IMG/VR virus record: IMGVR_UViG_3300035696_002928
Span: 1 to 64,000 of that record
Reading direction: 5' to 3' (one strand)
DNA from: a virus
Taxonomy: Duplodnaviria; Caudoviricetes
DNA: 64,000 bases
Shown here: positions 16,928 through 25,961 of the stretch, piece by piece
Position numbering within the stretch: the stretch's first letter is position 1
Layout: each line of letters starts with the position of its first letter
Notes under the pieces: generated by a model
Seen by the model: the letters and a program-made list of their open reading frames with translations, nothing else
What the model was told of the DNA's origin: nothing
Databases searched by the model: none
Made by a program: the position numbers and the translations under genes

Positions 16928-17148
16928 GCTTGGGTGTAGCCGTTCTCTTCGGCCCAGTTCTCCAGGTCGCGCTGCGAACAGACTTCCTCGGGGCTGGCGG
17001 CGTTCTCCTTGGCCCAGGCCAAGAGAGTCTCCGGCTCGAACACGTCCTCCGGCTCCATGTTGCTGCGAATCCAGTCGATGGCCTCGTCCAGCGGATACTG
17101 GCTGACGACGGCCGTGGTGAAGTCGCGGTTCTGTTGCGCGGACGCCAT
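16924..17148 (-). CDS. Small acidic hypothetical protein
   Basis: 74-aa ORF with short internal repeats (PEDVF..L.AWA / PEEVC..L..WA). Confidence 0.6.
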   Translation of the reverse strand: MASAQQNRDFTTAVVSQYPLDEAIDWIRSNMEPEDVFEPETLLAWAKENAASPEEVCSQRDLENWAEENGYTQA

Positions 17149-17151
17149 TGT

Positions 17152-17307
17152 TCAACCCCCTTGCTTCTTGAGGATCAGGTAGCCGATCAGCCAGACAGTG
17201 GAAATCCAGCCGACCATGAGGACGGCCGCGATCGGTGGGGCGGTAATGGTGATGACGACGCCTGCCATCAAGCCGGCGATGGTGATGGTGACGAGCCCGT
17301 TACTCAT
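17152..17307 (-). CDS. Small membrane peptide (51 aa), absent from the ORF track
   Basis: Read manually: MSNGLVTITIAGLMAGVVITITAPPIAAVLMVGWISTVWLIGYLILKKQGG. Confidence 0.55.
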   Translation of the reverse strand: MSNGLVTITIAGLMAGVVITITAPPIAAVLMVGWISTVWLIGYLILKKQGG

Positions 17308-18322
17308 GGCGGAACCTCTTCATGGTTTGCAGGTAGTGGGTCTCGCAGTTGCGGCAGTCGCGGCAGTAGGCGGACCCAATGCTGCTGCACATGCTCACCA
17401 GCCGATTACCTGCGTAGCGAAGCATGACCCAGCGCATGAACTCCTTCGTCGGGCACCAGTACGAGTTGATGTGCCGCACGCGCCACTCGTAGCACTGGCC
17501 CTTGAACGCCAGGTCCGCCGGCAGGTTCGGCTCATGGTCGTAGTAGGCCATGAACGTGATGACCACGGGCACCTTCGCGGCCGTCCAGGCAGCCACGGCC
17601 TTATCCACCAGGAGCAGGTTGGTGGCCGACGTGCGGAGCCGCACGAACATCAGGTTCGCGGCCGGCGAGTACCAGTCGTCCATGTGCCAGTTCGGCATGG
17701 CGTACTTGCTCTCGTCTTCCTCCTTGGGATTGGCCGTGAGGACGACCGGGCCGGGGAAGTCGTAGCGCGGGATGCTGGTGTTGAAGAAGAACCGCTTGTA
17801 CCGCAGGGCGGTCTCGATCACCAACTCCCGCTGGTTATTGGAGTCGTTGCCGCAGTTCATTCGCACAATGCCGTCGTCGCCGACTTCCGTGCCTGTTGGG
17901 ACGTGCGGCCGGTCGATGGGCACGTAGTACGCACCTGGGCGGTTGTAGAAGCACTGGTCGCAGGCGATCGGGCATGGGCCCACCTGCGGGATACAGTCCC
18001 AGAACGGCGTGCCTTCCTGCTTGGGGTTGCGGATGGTGCTTGTGAGCTTGCTCTTCGATTTCGGTCCTTGGTTGATGGCGGTGACTTCGTAGCAAGACTC
18101 GGACCGGCTGATGACCTTGTAGTCAAATCCGCCTTGGAGCCGCAGTTGCCGGAGGATGCGGTCGGGGGACGCCGGAGCGATGGCCGTGCGCGCGAAGATG
18201 TAGTCATGCAACTCGCGCATGTAGAAGCGGGGCGCGCCAGTCTGCCACCGGTCCAGAACAAACTGTGTGACCAGTTCGCCAATGTTGGCTTGAACCCGCG
18301 ACAACTCTTTGGTGTGACTCAC
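17300..18322 (-). CDS. Radical SAM-like protein with N-terminal winged-helix-like domain
   Basis: CPIACDQCFY = CxxxCxxC-aromatic; N-terminal APASPDRILRQLR segment. Confidence 0.65.
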   Translation of the reverse strand: MSHTKELSRVQANIGELVTQFVLDRWQTGAPRFYMRELHDYIFARTAIAPASPDRILRQLRLQGGFDYKVISRSESCYEVTAINQGPKSKSKLTSTIRNPKQEGTPFWDCIPQVGPCPIACDQCFYNRPGAYYVPIDRPHVPTGTEVGDDGIVRMNCGNDSNNQRELVIETALRYKRFFFNTSIPRYDFPGPVVLTANPKEEDESKYAMPNWHMDDWYSPAANLMFVRLRTSATNLLLVDKAVAAWTAAKVPVVITFMAYYDHEPNLPADLAFKGQCYEWRVRHINSYWCPTKEFMRWVMLRYAGNRLVSMCSSIGSAYCRDCRNCETHYLQTMKRFRHE

Positions 18323-18346
18323 GGTGCGAACCTTATGGGTGGGGGC

Positions 18347-19114
18347 TCAGAAATTGGTGAACAGAACTTCGATCTTGTTGCTGCACATGCCCCTGCGCTC
18401 AGAAGCCCCGCGACGAGGCGTATCGCGCTCGATGCGGTTCCACTGTCGGAAGAAGCTGCCAGCAACCGGCGACTCGGAGACCACCACCTTTGCGGTCGCC
18501 TCTTTCAGCAACTCGACCATCGCCGGGTAGTCAATCCGGTAGCGGTACTCGCCTTCGTGGCCGAGATAGGGCGGGTCAACGTAGATCAAGGTGTCCGAAC
18601 CGGTCTTGTAGACGCGCGCGATGGCCTTGAGTCCGTCTTCGTGCAAGAGTTCGACATCGCGGACTCGGTTGGCGGCCGGCAGCACCCGCAGGAACCAGTC
18701 GGCCCAGACCGCAGGGTTCGGCTTGTGCGGGGCGGCGCACTTGTCTAGCGACCATGTTGAAGAGTTGCCGTTGCCGCAGTAGAACTGCCGGCCCTGGGCC
18801 ATCAGCAGCACCGCCTCTTCGATGTCGCCCGGCGGCGGCAAGCTGCGCCAATTGGCGGCCGTGTAGGGCGTGGCCCAAAGCAGGGCGGCCAATTGTTCGG
18901 GCTGTGATTTGATCGCCCGCCACATGCCCATGATTCGGTCATCCAGATCGTTGATGATCTCGACAAACGAGCGGGGCTTGGCCAGCAGCACGGCAGCCGA
19001 GGCGCAGCACGGCTCCAGGTAGACCCGGTGCTCCGGGAGGTGCGAGGCGATCCACTTGGCAATGGACGCCTTGCCGCCGTACTGTCGATAGGTGATCTTG
19101 GGCGTTGCCGTCAT
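18347..19114 (-). CDS. Dam-like (D12 class) N6-adenine DNA methyltransferase
   Basis: YGGKASIA, YLEPCCASAAV, INDLD, IYVDPPY. Confidence 0.88.
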   Translation of the reverse strand: MTATPKITYRQYGGKASIAKWIASHLPEHRVYLEPCCASAAVLLAKPRSFVEIINDLDDRIMGMWRAIKSQPEQLAALLWATPYTAANWRSLPPPGDIEEAVLLMAQGRQFYCGNGNSSTWSLDKCAAPHKPNPAVWADWFLRVLPAANRVRDVELLHEDGLKAIARVYKTGSDTLIYVDPPYLGHEGEYRYRIDYPAMVELLKEATAKVVVSESPVAGSFFRQWNRIERDTPRRGASERRGMCSNKIEVLFTNF

Positions 19115-19257
19115 AGTTGTTTCTTCAGATGTTGTCGCACTCGCTTGGCTCCCTGCCGCTTGGCCCGGCGGCCCATGCCGCGCTTGTGGTTGATGCAGCG
19201 GGCATCGGACGCTTGCGTGCGGGCTACGGCCATGATCTCGGCCCGCTTGGGACTCAT
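19111..19257 (-). CDS. Small basic protein (48 aa), absent from the ORF track
   Basis: ATGA-coupled on both sides; MSPKRAEIMAVARTQ...RQHLKKQL. Confidence 0.5.
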   Translation of the reverse strand: MSPKRAEIMAVARTQASDARCINHKRGMGRRAKRQGAKRVRQHLKKQL

Positions 19258-20405
19258 TCCATGTCCCTCGGTCGCCAGTACCGCGCCTCTTTCGGGATGC
19301 CGTCATCCGATAGCTCGCGGAACTTGAACGTGACCACCTGGCCCTTCTTGAAGGCACGGCCCTGGAACCAGTCGGGCATGTCCATGCCGGGGTTGGCCGA
19401 TGCGAAGACGCCCATCTCGCCGGATGAGAACTCGCGCTCGGCGTCGGTCAGGCCGGACAATTCGAGCCGCTTGCCCTTGTAGTCGGTGATGAGCGCCCCG
19501 ATCCGCCCGAGATGCTTGCTGCCCTTCGTCGTCTCGCGGCCGGAAGTGAAGCCGATGATGCGGGCCTCGGCGTCCTCGAAGGGCTTGTATTTCAGCAGGC
19601 CCTTGTGGCGTTTGGGCGTCCACACGGCGTTCGGATTGCGGATCACGACGCCTTCGCCGCCCTTGTCCAGAACCCGTTGCAGGAACGCCTCCACCTGCTG
19701 GGCGGCGTCTTCGGCAATGTCGATCAACTTCGTTTGCGGATGGAGATAGCACTTGGACCCGGGGCCATTGTCCAAGTTGCCGGCCAAGAAGCGGACTTCA
19801 TCCGAGAACGGCACACCCAAGGGCAGGTACTTGTAGTCGTCGGCCAGGCAGCGTTTCGGGATCGGCACGCCCTCGCAGGCCGGCTCCCGACCCAGGGCAT
19901 CCAGCCGGCGGCGAACCCACTGCTCGATGCCGATGTAATCGAGATTGCACACCATGTTGGTGTTCTTGATCTCGCCCGTGCCGAACACGGCCGCCAGCGG
20001 CGGGGCCGAGTAGACGGCATAGACGATCTGCTTCTCGAAACGGGGATCGGGCTCGTCGCCGCCGCAGATCGACCGGCACAGTTGGAAGTTGCCCCGCCCG
20101 GCCCATAGCTCGCCGTCGAGCGGACAGCAGGGAAGCTGGTTCAGGAACGTGTCCGGGGCGAGGATCGGATTGCCGTAGCGGGACCAGAGCCCCGTGGCCA
20201 CCGGCTTGATCTTCGCCTTCCGCCTGCCGGTCTTGGGGTCGATGATGCTGGCCCAAGGGACGGTATCCGTGGGCTGGTCGCGGGACAGGCCGCCGTCCCA
20301 AAAGCAGCGCGTGCCGTCGAGTTTTTCGGAAATGAACCAACCGGCCACCCGGCTTGTGGACGGATCGTAATGGTCGGCCAGTTGCAGGAATTCGCGTCGT
20401 GCCAT
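19254..20405 (-). CDS. ATP-dependent DNA ligase
   Basis: ISEKLDGTR (adenylated Lys), LDGELW, GEGVVIR, LLKYKP, C-terminal OB fold. Confidence 0.92.
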   Translation of the reverse strand: MARREFLQLADHYDPSTSRVAGWFISEKLDGTRCFWDGGLSRDQPTDTVPWASIIDPKTGRRKAKIKPVATGLWSRYGNPILAPDTFLNQLPCCPLDGELWAGRGNFQLCRSICGGDEPDPRFEKQIVYAVYSAPPLAAVFGTGEIKNTNMVCNLDYIGIEQWVRRRLDALGREPACEGVPIPKRCLADDYKYLPLGVPFSDEVRFLAGNLDNGPGSKCYLHPQTKLIDIAEDAAQQVEAFLQRVLDKGGEGVVIRNPNAVWTPKRHKGLLKYKPFEDAEARIIGFTSGRETTKGSKHLGRIGALITDYKGKRLELSGLTDAEREFSSGEMGVFASANPGMDMPDWFQGRAFKKGQVVTFKFRELSDDGIPKEARYWRPRDME

Positions 20406-20600
20406 CTATGCGGCCTTTGGCAGGAGTGTGGATCGCAATATGGATTGGATCAGCAGCACCACGTCTGCCGACCGCCGGGCATGGACACGATGCTCGACCG
20501 CGATGGTCCGGCTGTAGCAGAGCAGCGATTGGCCTTGTCGTGCCGCCCAACAGGAGCGTTCCAGCCATTCGGCAGGGATGAACTCGACCTCGTGCAACAT
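20406..20600 (-). CDS. Hypothetical protein, first gene after promoter motif copy 3
   Basis: GGAG RBS; ATG at 20600. Confidence 0.55.
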   Translation of the reverse strand: MLHEVEFIPAEWLERSCWAARQGQSLLCYSRTIAVEHRVHARRSADVVLLIQSILRSTLLPKAA

Positions 20601-20631
20601 GGTTAATGCTCCGATCGAAAGTGCTGACACT

Positions 20632-20664
20632 TACTGAATCAGCGAAGAAATCGAAGCTAGAGTG
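20632..20664 (-). promoter_or_regulatory. Bipartite repeated motif copy 3
   Basis: TACTGAATCAGCG-aagaaatcgaa-GCTAGAGTG; intergenic. Confidence 0.8.
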
Positions 20665-20677
20665 GATTTCCTTGGAA

Positions 20678-21250
20678 TCAGTGAAACACCGCAAGTTGCT
20701 CGTCGATGGCATCGAACGGGTTGGCGACCCGCAGCCGATTCCACGGCCGCGGGACTAAGACGCCATGACCACCTTCTGCGCGAAAACGGTCCAAATTGGC
20801 CTCCAGATCGTCGATCAGCAGGGCGTCCGGGCGGCCGAACAGGTATTTGCGGGGCGTAATGGCGTACTGCCGGTGCATCCACGACGGCATGTGGCGGTGA
20901 ATCCAGTCCAGTTTCCCGGCCAGGCTTTCCGGGCACTTCGTCGGACCGCTGGCGATGCAGACGTTTTCCCGGCCCACGAGCCGGGCCGCCCGTAGCAGAA
21001 CCCACGGGAAGATTTCCGAGGTGGGGCATTCGGCCCAGTTGGTCCGGGTGATGGTGGACCAGAACCGGTCGGCACCCGCGAACTTGCGCCGGCCAAGCAG
21101 GTGATTGGCCGCCTCGTGGATTTCGTAGCCAAAAGAAACCGGGTGCTGTCGATAGTCGCGGGGATCGACCTGGCAACCAACGCAATGCAAAACGTGCATG
21201 GCCAGCGTGTTGCACACGTCGTCCAGGTCCAAGAAGATGCGGCGGATCAT
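20678..21250 (-). CDS. HAD-superfamily 5'(3')-deoxyribonucleotidase-like protein
   Basis: IFLDLDDV (DxD), KLDWI, LLIDD. Confidence 0.75.
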   Translation of the reverse strand: MIRRIFLDLDDVCNTLAMHVLHCVGCQVDPRDYRQHPVSFGYEIHEAANHLLGRRKFAGADRFWSTITRTNWAECPTSEIFPWVLLRAARLVGRENVCIASGPTKCPESLAGKLDWIHRHMPSWMHRQYAITPRKYLFGRPDALLIDDLEANLDRFRAEGGHGVLVPRPWNRLRVANPFDAIDEQLAVFH

Positions 21251-21888
21251 TGGCAGTCCCATTTCTTGAGGATTCGCTTTTGCAGTTTGCGGAACATCAA
21301 GTAGGCAGTCGGCAAGGGCTGATGGAGTGCTATACCGATCTCTTTGAACGTGTGGCCGGCGGCGCGCAGCCGTAGGCATTCGCGTTCTGTCTCGGTCTGG
21401 CAGCACACGTCGCAGACATCCTGCAAGTCCACTAAAGCAAATTGCGAACGGGCTGTGAGCGTTTCTGGCAGCACGTTGTAGACAATGGGCGTGTTGATGG
21501 GCCGAGCATTCCACGACACCGTTTCAGGATTGCGTGCGGCTTTCGCGGATTTGCGTGGAACTTGGATGGCTTGTTCCCGCGGGAGCAGTTCCAGCATTTC
21601 GTGCAGGATCGCACGACCCATCCACGTATTCAGTGCGCTCGCTGCGCGAAGACTGCTTTTGCGTGGCTTGGTGGTCGATAGCTTGTTGATTGCTTTAACC
21701 AGGCCGACGTAGCCCGCACTCACCAGGTCGTTACGCAGATAGGCAAAATGCGGCATTTGTCGGACCAGGCCATCGGCCTTAACAATCACCAGCGCCATGT
21801 TCTCTTCGATCAAGACGCGGCGGGCCTCGGCGTCCCCTGCGATGACGCAAGGCAATAGCTCGTTGTTTCGTTGCACACTGGAAGCCAT
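21247..21888 (-). CDS. Sigma-70 family RNA polymerase sigma factor (group 3/4-like)
   Basis: Region 2: LIEENMALVIVKA...DLVSAGYVGLVKAI; region 4 HTH: ERECLRLRAAGHTFKEIGIALH. Confidence 0.8.
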   Translation of the reverse strand: MASSVQRNNELLPCVIAGDAEARRVLIEENMALVIVKADGLVRQMPHFAYLRNDLVSAGYVGLVKAINKLSTTKPRKSSLRAASALNTWMGRAILHEMLELLPREQAIQVPRKSAKAARNPETVSWNARPINTPIVYNVLPETLTARSQFALVDLQDVCDVCCQTETERECLRLRAAGHTFKEIGIALHQPLPTAYLMFRKLQKRILKKWDCQ

Positions 21889-21890
21889 GC

Positions 21891-22370
21891 TCAAATCCTG
21901 TCGATGCGCCAAAGGTGCTGAGTGAAGAAACCCCGTTGCTCGCAGGCTTCGCGCGAGTGGTCGTACTCGCAGCCGTCCGGGTCGAAGATGTGGCCGTACT
22001 CGTAGGCGACAGCATGGCCGCAGTGGGAGCCGACGCCTTCAATCACGCCGCGCGTCAGGTCAATGGTCCGCTTGAAGCGCTGCCACGCCACGTCGTCCGG
22101 CAGCACGGGCCACTCGGGGCTGTTGGGAGTGGCCATCAGGCACGGAGCCAATTCGATCCGCGTGGCCGCAAAGCCGCGGGCCAGGCACACGTCGATTAGC
22201 TCCTGGGGATGGAAGCCCCGCCGGCACACAGGCTCGGGCATTCCTGGGAACTTGATCGCGCTGCCGTCGTGGCCGATCTCGGCGAGAATCTCGTCAAGCG
22301 TCAGGTCCAGGACCATCGCGAAGGATGCCGGCAAACACATCCAACGCCGCGGCTTGCGTAATAGGCGCAT
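21891..22370 (-). CDS. C39-like papain-fold cysteine peptidase-like protein
   Basis: CLPASFAMVL (Cys), GHAVAY (His), IFDP (Asp). Confidence 0.5.
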   Translation of the reverse strand: MRLLRKPRRWMCLPASFAMVLDLTLDEILAEIGHDGSAIKFPGMPEPVCRRGFHPQELIDVCLARGFAATRIELAPCLMATPNSPEWPVLPDDVAWQRFKRTIDLTRGVIEGVGSHCGHAVAYEYGHIFDPDGCEYDHSREACEQRGFFTQHLWRIDRI

Positions 22371-22414
22371 AGTGTCCCCTTGGTGCGGATATAGCGGTGC
22401 GCTGGCGCGGTAGA

Positions 22415-22876
22415 TCAGGCGGAAGCGTTGTTTCCAGGCGGCTGCAACGATTCGCCTTCGCGCACTAGCTCGTCGAGCATTCGGTCGATGTCAGCCTGGG
22501 TGGGAACCTGTCCCCACGAGGCTTTCCAATAGGTCTTCCAGTTCGGCGGCCTGAACAGCTTGTTGTATTGCTCTTGGTTGCCGGCTGTCAGAATCCAGAT
22601 GCCGATGCCAAAGGAGTCCCAGATCGGCCACTTTCGTCGCTGGTCGCGGGTGAAGCTGTACTTCTTCGGCTGCTTGCAGTCGATCCAGCGGGTGCCCCAT
22701 TTCTTGTGGGCGACGAACAGGTCAGGAAACCCGGTCTGGTAAAGGTTCCCGTGCGTTCGCTCGACGTGCCACCCGCGGGCGACCAGGTACTTGATAACGT
22801 CCTTTTGAATGTGCCATTCAGGGCCGTGAAGCGGCCGGGAAATCTTCCTCATACGGGCGGCTCCGGGCTTTCCCAT
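22415..22876 (-). CDS. VRR-NUC domain nuclease
   Basis: EWHIQKDV, GFPDLF, WIDCKQP, TRDQ. Confidence 0.75.
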   Translation of the reverse strand: MGKPGAARMRKISRPLHGPEWHIQKDVIKYLVARGWHVERTHGNLYQTGFPDLFVAHKKWGTRWIDCKQPKKYSFTRDQRRKWPIWDSFGIGIWILTAGNQEQYNKLFRPPNWKTYWKASWGQVPTQADIDRMLDELVREGESLQPPGNNASA

Positions 22877-23202
22877 TCCTCCTCAAGAAAGCGACGCACC
22901 CGCCATCGCCAACAGTCCTCCCACCTGTGCCGCAGCCTCCAGCCCCGACGTTCGCATCGCCAGACACGGTAGTAAGTCAGCGGCGCGGCCAGACAGAAGG
23001 CCGTCGCCGCCCCGATGGCAACGCGCCGGGCTAGCAACGCTTCAACGGCCGCGTTGTTGACGATCCGCGGCCGGCGGACCAATCCGAGAAAGAGCCAGGG
23101 GCGAACGACCCGCCATCGGTAGCGGGGATAGACGTGGCCCACCCTCTCCCACGGCCCATCGGCCGTCTTGAACTCAATCTCGTAGCTGTCGATGTAGCGC
23201 AT
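22849..23202 (-). CDS. Hypothetical protein
   Basis: Coupled to the polA stop; Arg/Trp-rich. Confidence 0.5.
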   Translation of the reverse strand: MRYIDSYEIEFKTADGPWERVGHVYPRYRWRVVRPWLFLGLVRRPRIVNNAAVEALLARRVAIGAATAFCLAAPLTYYRVWRCERRGWRLRHRWEDCWRWRVRRFLEEEWESPEPPV

Positions 23203-25961
23203 TACAGCATCTCCGGGGCTCGAATCTTGACCGGGGCCGCACCGCCCTTCTTCTCGGCCCAGTTGTCCATGCCCTCGAACCAGGTCATGCCAATGAGCGG
23301 GACGTGGCCGCGGAACGATTCCACGACCTCGCGGACGCTGGCCGTAATCTCGGTGACGATCTCGGGCATGGCCACGACCATCAATTCGTCGTGGACGTTC
23401 AACGGGGCGAGGCGGAGCGGGTGGACGCCCGCCGGCTGCAAGTCCCACAGTTGCCGCTGGACCGATTTGGTGATTTCGGCACCAGGCGATTGAATCTCGT
23501 GGTTGGCCGCCGCCCGCATGTTGGCCGCCTGCATCTGGAAGGCGGCACCATAGAGAGCGCTGGCCACGGCCCCGCCGGCAGTCTGCACGCGGTCGCGGCG
23601 GACGACCTTGACCTTGCAGTTCCGCCAGTGTTTCGGCGGGTTGCGGGCCAGGTCGAAGAGGGCCTTGCAGATTTTGTTCTCCAGCGTGAAGTAGCGACGG
23701 AAGCCGAGGAAGGTTTCGATGTACTCGGCGGGCGTGGCCCAGACCACTGCGCTCCCGATCCCTGCGGGTTGCCGCATGGAGCAGAAGGCGTCAAAGGTCT
23801 TGGTGCGGGCCTTGCCGATGCCGGGGTAGCGCTTCACGAAGTCCGCGTAGGCCCGTTTCGCCCTTTCCTCCGTGACGCCCAACTTCTGCACCAGTGTGTT
23901 CCAATCGCCGCCGTACACCAGGGCGAACACGCCACGCTTGCCCTTGTCGTACCAGTCGTTGTCGCTGCCGCTGGACGCAATGACCTCGGCGTAGCTGAGG
24001 CCAGAGAGGGCCATGCCGAACAGGGCATGGAGCTTCTGCGGCGTCATGCCGGTTGTTTCGCACTCGCCGCACGGCGTCCCCTTCTTCTTGTCCCTGCCGG
24101 TGCCGCCGCACTTCGGGCAGGGGCCCTTCGTCACCAGGTCCTTGCGGAGGGCCGGGTCGTTGTAGACGGCATCGGCAATCGTCACCTCGAACGAATCGAA
24201 GTCGCCGCCGCAGAGGATCATGTTTTCCCAGAACAAGGGGAACATCTTGCGCACGTCCTTGGCGTGCTTGATGCCCTGCGGATTCAGGCCGTCCGCCCCG
24301 GCCATGCGGCTTGACAAGGTGCCGATCACCACGAAGCTGGCGTGGAACTTGCCGGCAAGCAGCAGCTTCTTGTAGAGTTCCACCTCCTTGGCGGCGATCT
24401 TCACGTCGAGGACTTCCTGCGCCCGGCGGGCCGCCGGATGCCTACCGGGCTGAAGGACCCCGGCACCGCCGCAACGGGCGCAGTCATGGAACTTGGCCGC
24501 CGAACCATTGGTCAACGTCTCGTAGGCCGTCTGCACCCGCTTGAAGTCCGCCGCATTGCCGTCATGGTCAGGATGATGCTGTTGGACCAGGCGGCGGTAC
24601 GCTGCGTTAATCGCGTCAGTGTCGGCCGCTGGTTCCAATCCAAGGGCGTCGAACGATTGCAGACAGGCGGCCCCGTCACAACGTCCACACGGCTCCGGCG
24701 TCGCGATCTCCCAGCGAGTAATGGCTTCCAAATTGCTCTTCTTCGTGGACTCTTCGAGGACAATCCTCTCGGTGAGGTCCATCGCCGCCGTGATATACGC
24801 CCGGACCTCCGGCGGCTTGTTGATGTTCACTGGGCTGTTGGCGACCACTGCCTCGGCCTTGGCGAGCAGTTCCCCCATGCCAGCCTTGTTGATCGAGAAG
24901 CCATGCCAGCGGACGACTGGGACCATGCAAGCCAGCGTCGAGTCGTTGTCGCCCGGCGGCGGGCAGCCGAAGTGCTTGTCGAGCGCCCGCGTGTAAACGA
25001 TGTCATCGTTGGCGTATTCGCGCGCATCTGCCCGGGTGGCCCAATGCTCGATGTGCTTGTCGATGACGCCCGGCCAGGCGTGGCCCAGCAGGGCATCTTC
25101 GCCTGCCTTGGGCCTCCGCCGCTTGGGGACTACCTCTTCGCCGTCATGCTCGTCGTCCAGAGTCAGGGCGGGGTCCGTCAGTTGCTCTTCGACGGCCACC
25201 TTGGCTGTTTTGCCCTTCTTCTTGCCCCACACCTCCCAATTCCGCTCCGGCGACGAGACGGCCAGTGCCGTGGGCGCATAGCCCAATTCGTAAGGCCGCC
25301 AAGCCGCCGAGGGCTCAACGTCCTTGAAATGGAACTTGGGCTTGAAGCCCATCGCGTGCTCAGCGAGGAACTTGAGGCCGCCAGCCGGGTTGAATCGCAG
25401 CACGACATCCTTGAAGTCGGTGTCGATGTCGCCGTAGCGATCCTTGCGGTCGAAGACTTGCCACTTTGGGGCATTCGGATCGGCCGACTTGGCGAAGTAG
25501 ATGTTGTCCAATTGGACACGGCCCTCTAGCTCAGAAGCGAGGGCATAGGCCAGCGCCGAGGGCACCCGCTTGATGCGGATGTCCTCGCGGGCCATGAGGG
25601 ACTGGTACGGTCCCTTGCGGGAATGAAGCATCAGGTCCAACGCCGCAGCCGGCTTGACGCACGGCCCATCCTGCCCCTGGGGCTCCAAGAGAGCGATCTC
25701 GTTGACGTGCTCCCGTGGAATCCAATCCGGGTCCGCAAGGCGGAAGATGGTGTAGGTCTTGACGATGTGGAACCAGTCAAAGGAGAGGTTGAAGCCCACG
25801 ACCGTGTGCTCGGTCAGCCATTCGATCAGGCGCAGCGTTTCGCGGATCGGCCGCCGCCAGACCTCGTGGAGCTGGATCGGGCCATCTTCCTCGGCGTACT
25901 GCAACAGCACCATCATGCTGTGCAAGCCGCAGGTCTCGCTGTCGATATAGACCTTGCTCAT
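23202..25961 (-). CDS. polA: Family A DNA polymerase with 3'-5' exonuclease domain, inserted J-domain and two Zn-finger insertions
   Basis: Exo I YIDSET, Exo II GFNLSFD, Exo III YANDD; motif A GDFDSFE, motif B KGKRGVFALVYG, motif C VHDE. Confidence 0.92.
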   Translation of the reverse strand: MSKVYIDSETCGLHSMMVLLQYAEEDGPIQLHEVWRRPIRETLRLIEWLTEHTVVGFNLSFDWFHIVKTYTIFRLADPDWIPREHVNEIALLEPQGQDGPCVKPAAALDLMLHSRKGPYQSLMAREDIRIKRVPSALAYALASELEGRVQLDNIYFAKSADPNAPKWQVFDRKDRYGDIDTDFKDVVLRFNPAGGLKFLAEHAMGFKPKFHFKDVEPSAAWRPYELGYAPTALAVSSPERNWEVWGKKKGKTAKVAVEEQLTDPALTLDDEHDGEEVVPKRRRPKAGEDALLGHAWPGVIDKHIEHWATRADAREYANDDIVYTRALDKHFGCPPPGDNDSTLACMVPVVRWHGFSINKAGMGELLAKAEAVVANSPVNINKPPEVRAYITAAMDLTERIVLEESTKKSNLEAITRWEIATPEPCGRCDGAACLQSFDALGLEPAADTDAINAAYRRLVQQHHPDHDGNAADFKRVQTAYETLTNGSAAKFHDCARCGGAGVLQPGRHPAARRAQEVLDVKIAAKEVELYKKLLLAGKFHASFVVIGTLSSRMAGADGLNPQGIKHAKDVRKMFPLFWENMILCGGDFDSFEVTIADAVYNDPALRKDLVTKGPCPKCGGTGRDKKKGTPCGECETTGMTPQKLHALFGMALSGLSYAEVIASSGSDNDWYDKGKRGVFALVYGGDWNTLVQKLGVTEERAKRAYADFVKRYPGIGKARTKTFDAFCSMRQPAGIGSAVVWATPAEYIETFLGFRRYFTLENKICKALFDLARNPPKHWRNCKVKVVRRDRVQTAGGAVASALYGAAFQMQAANMRAAANHEIQSPGAEITKSVQRQLWDLQPAGVHPLRLAPLNVHDELMVVAMPEIVTEITASVREVVESFRGHVPLIGMTWFEGMDNWAEKKGGAAPVKIRAPEML

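Noticed and set aside
24459-24689. Intein or homing endonuclease as the explanation for the polA insertion
   Set aside because: No C-terminal His-Asn splice junction and no LAGLIDADG or HNH motifs; the insert has J-domain features instead.
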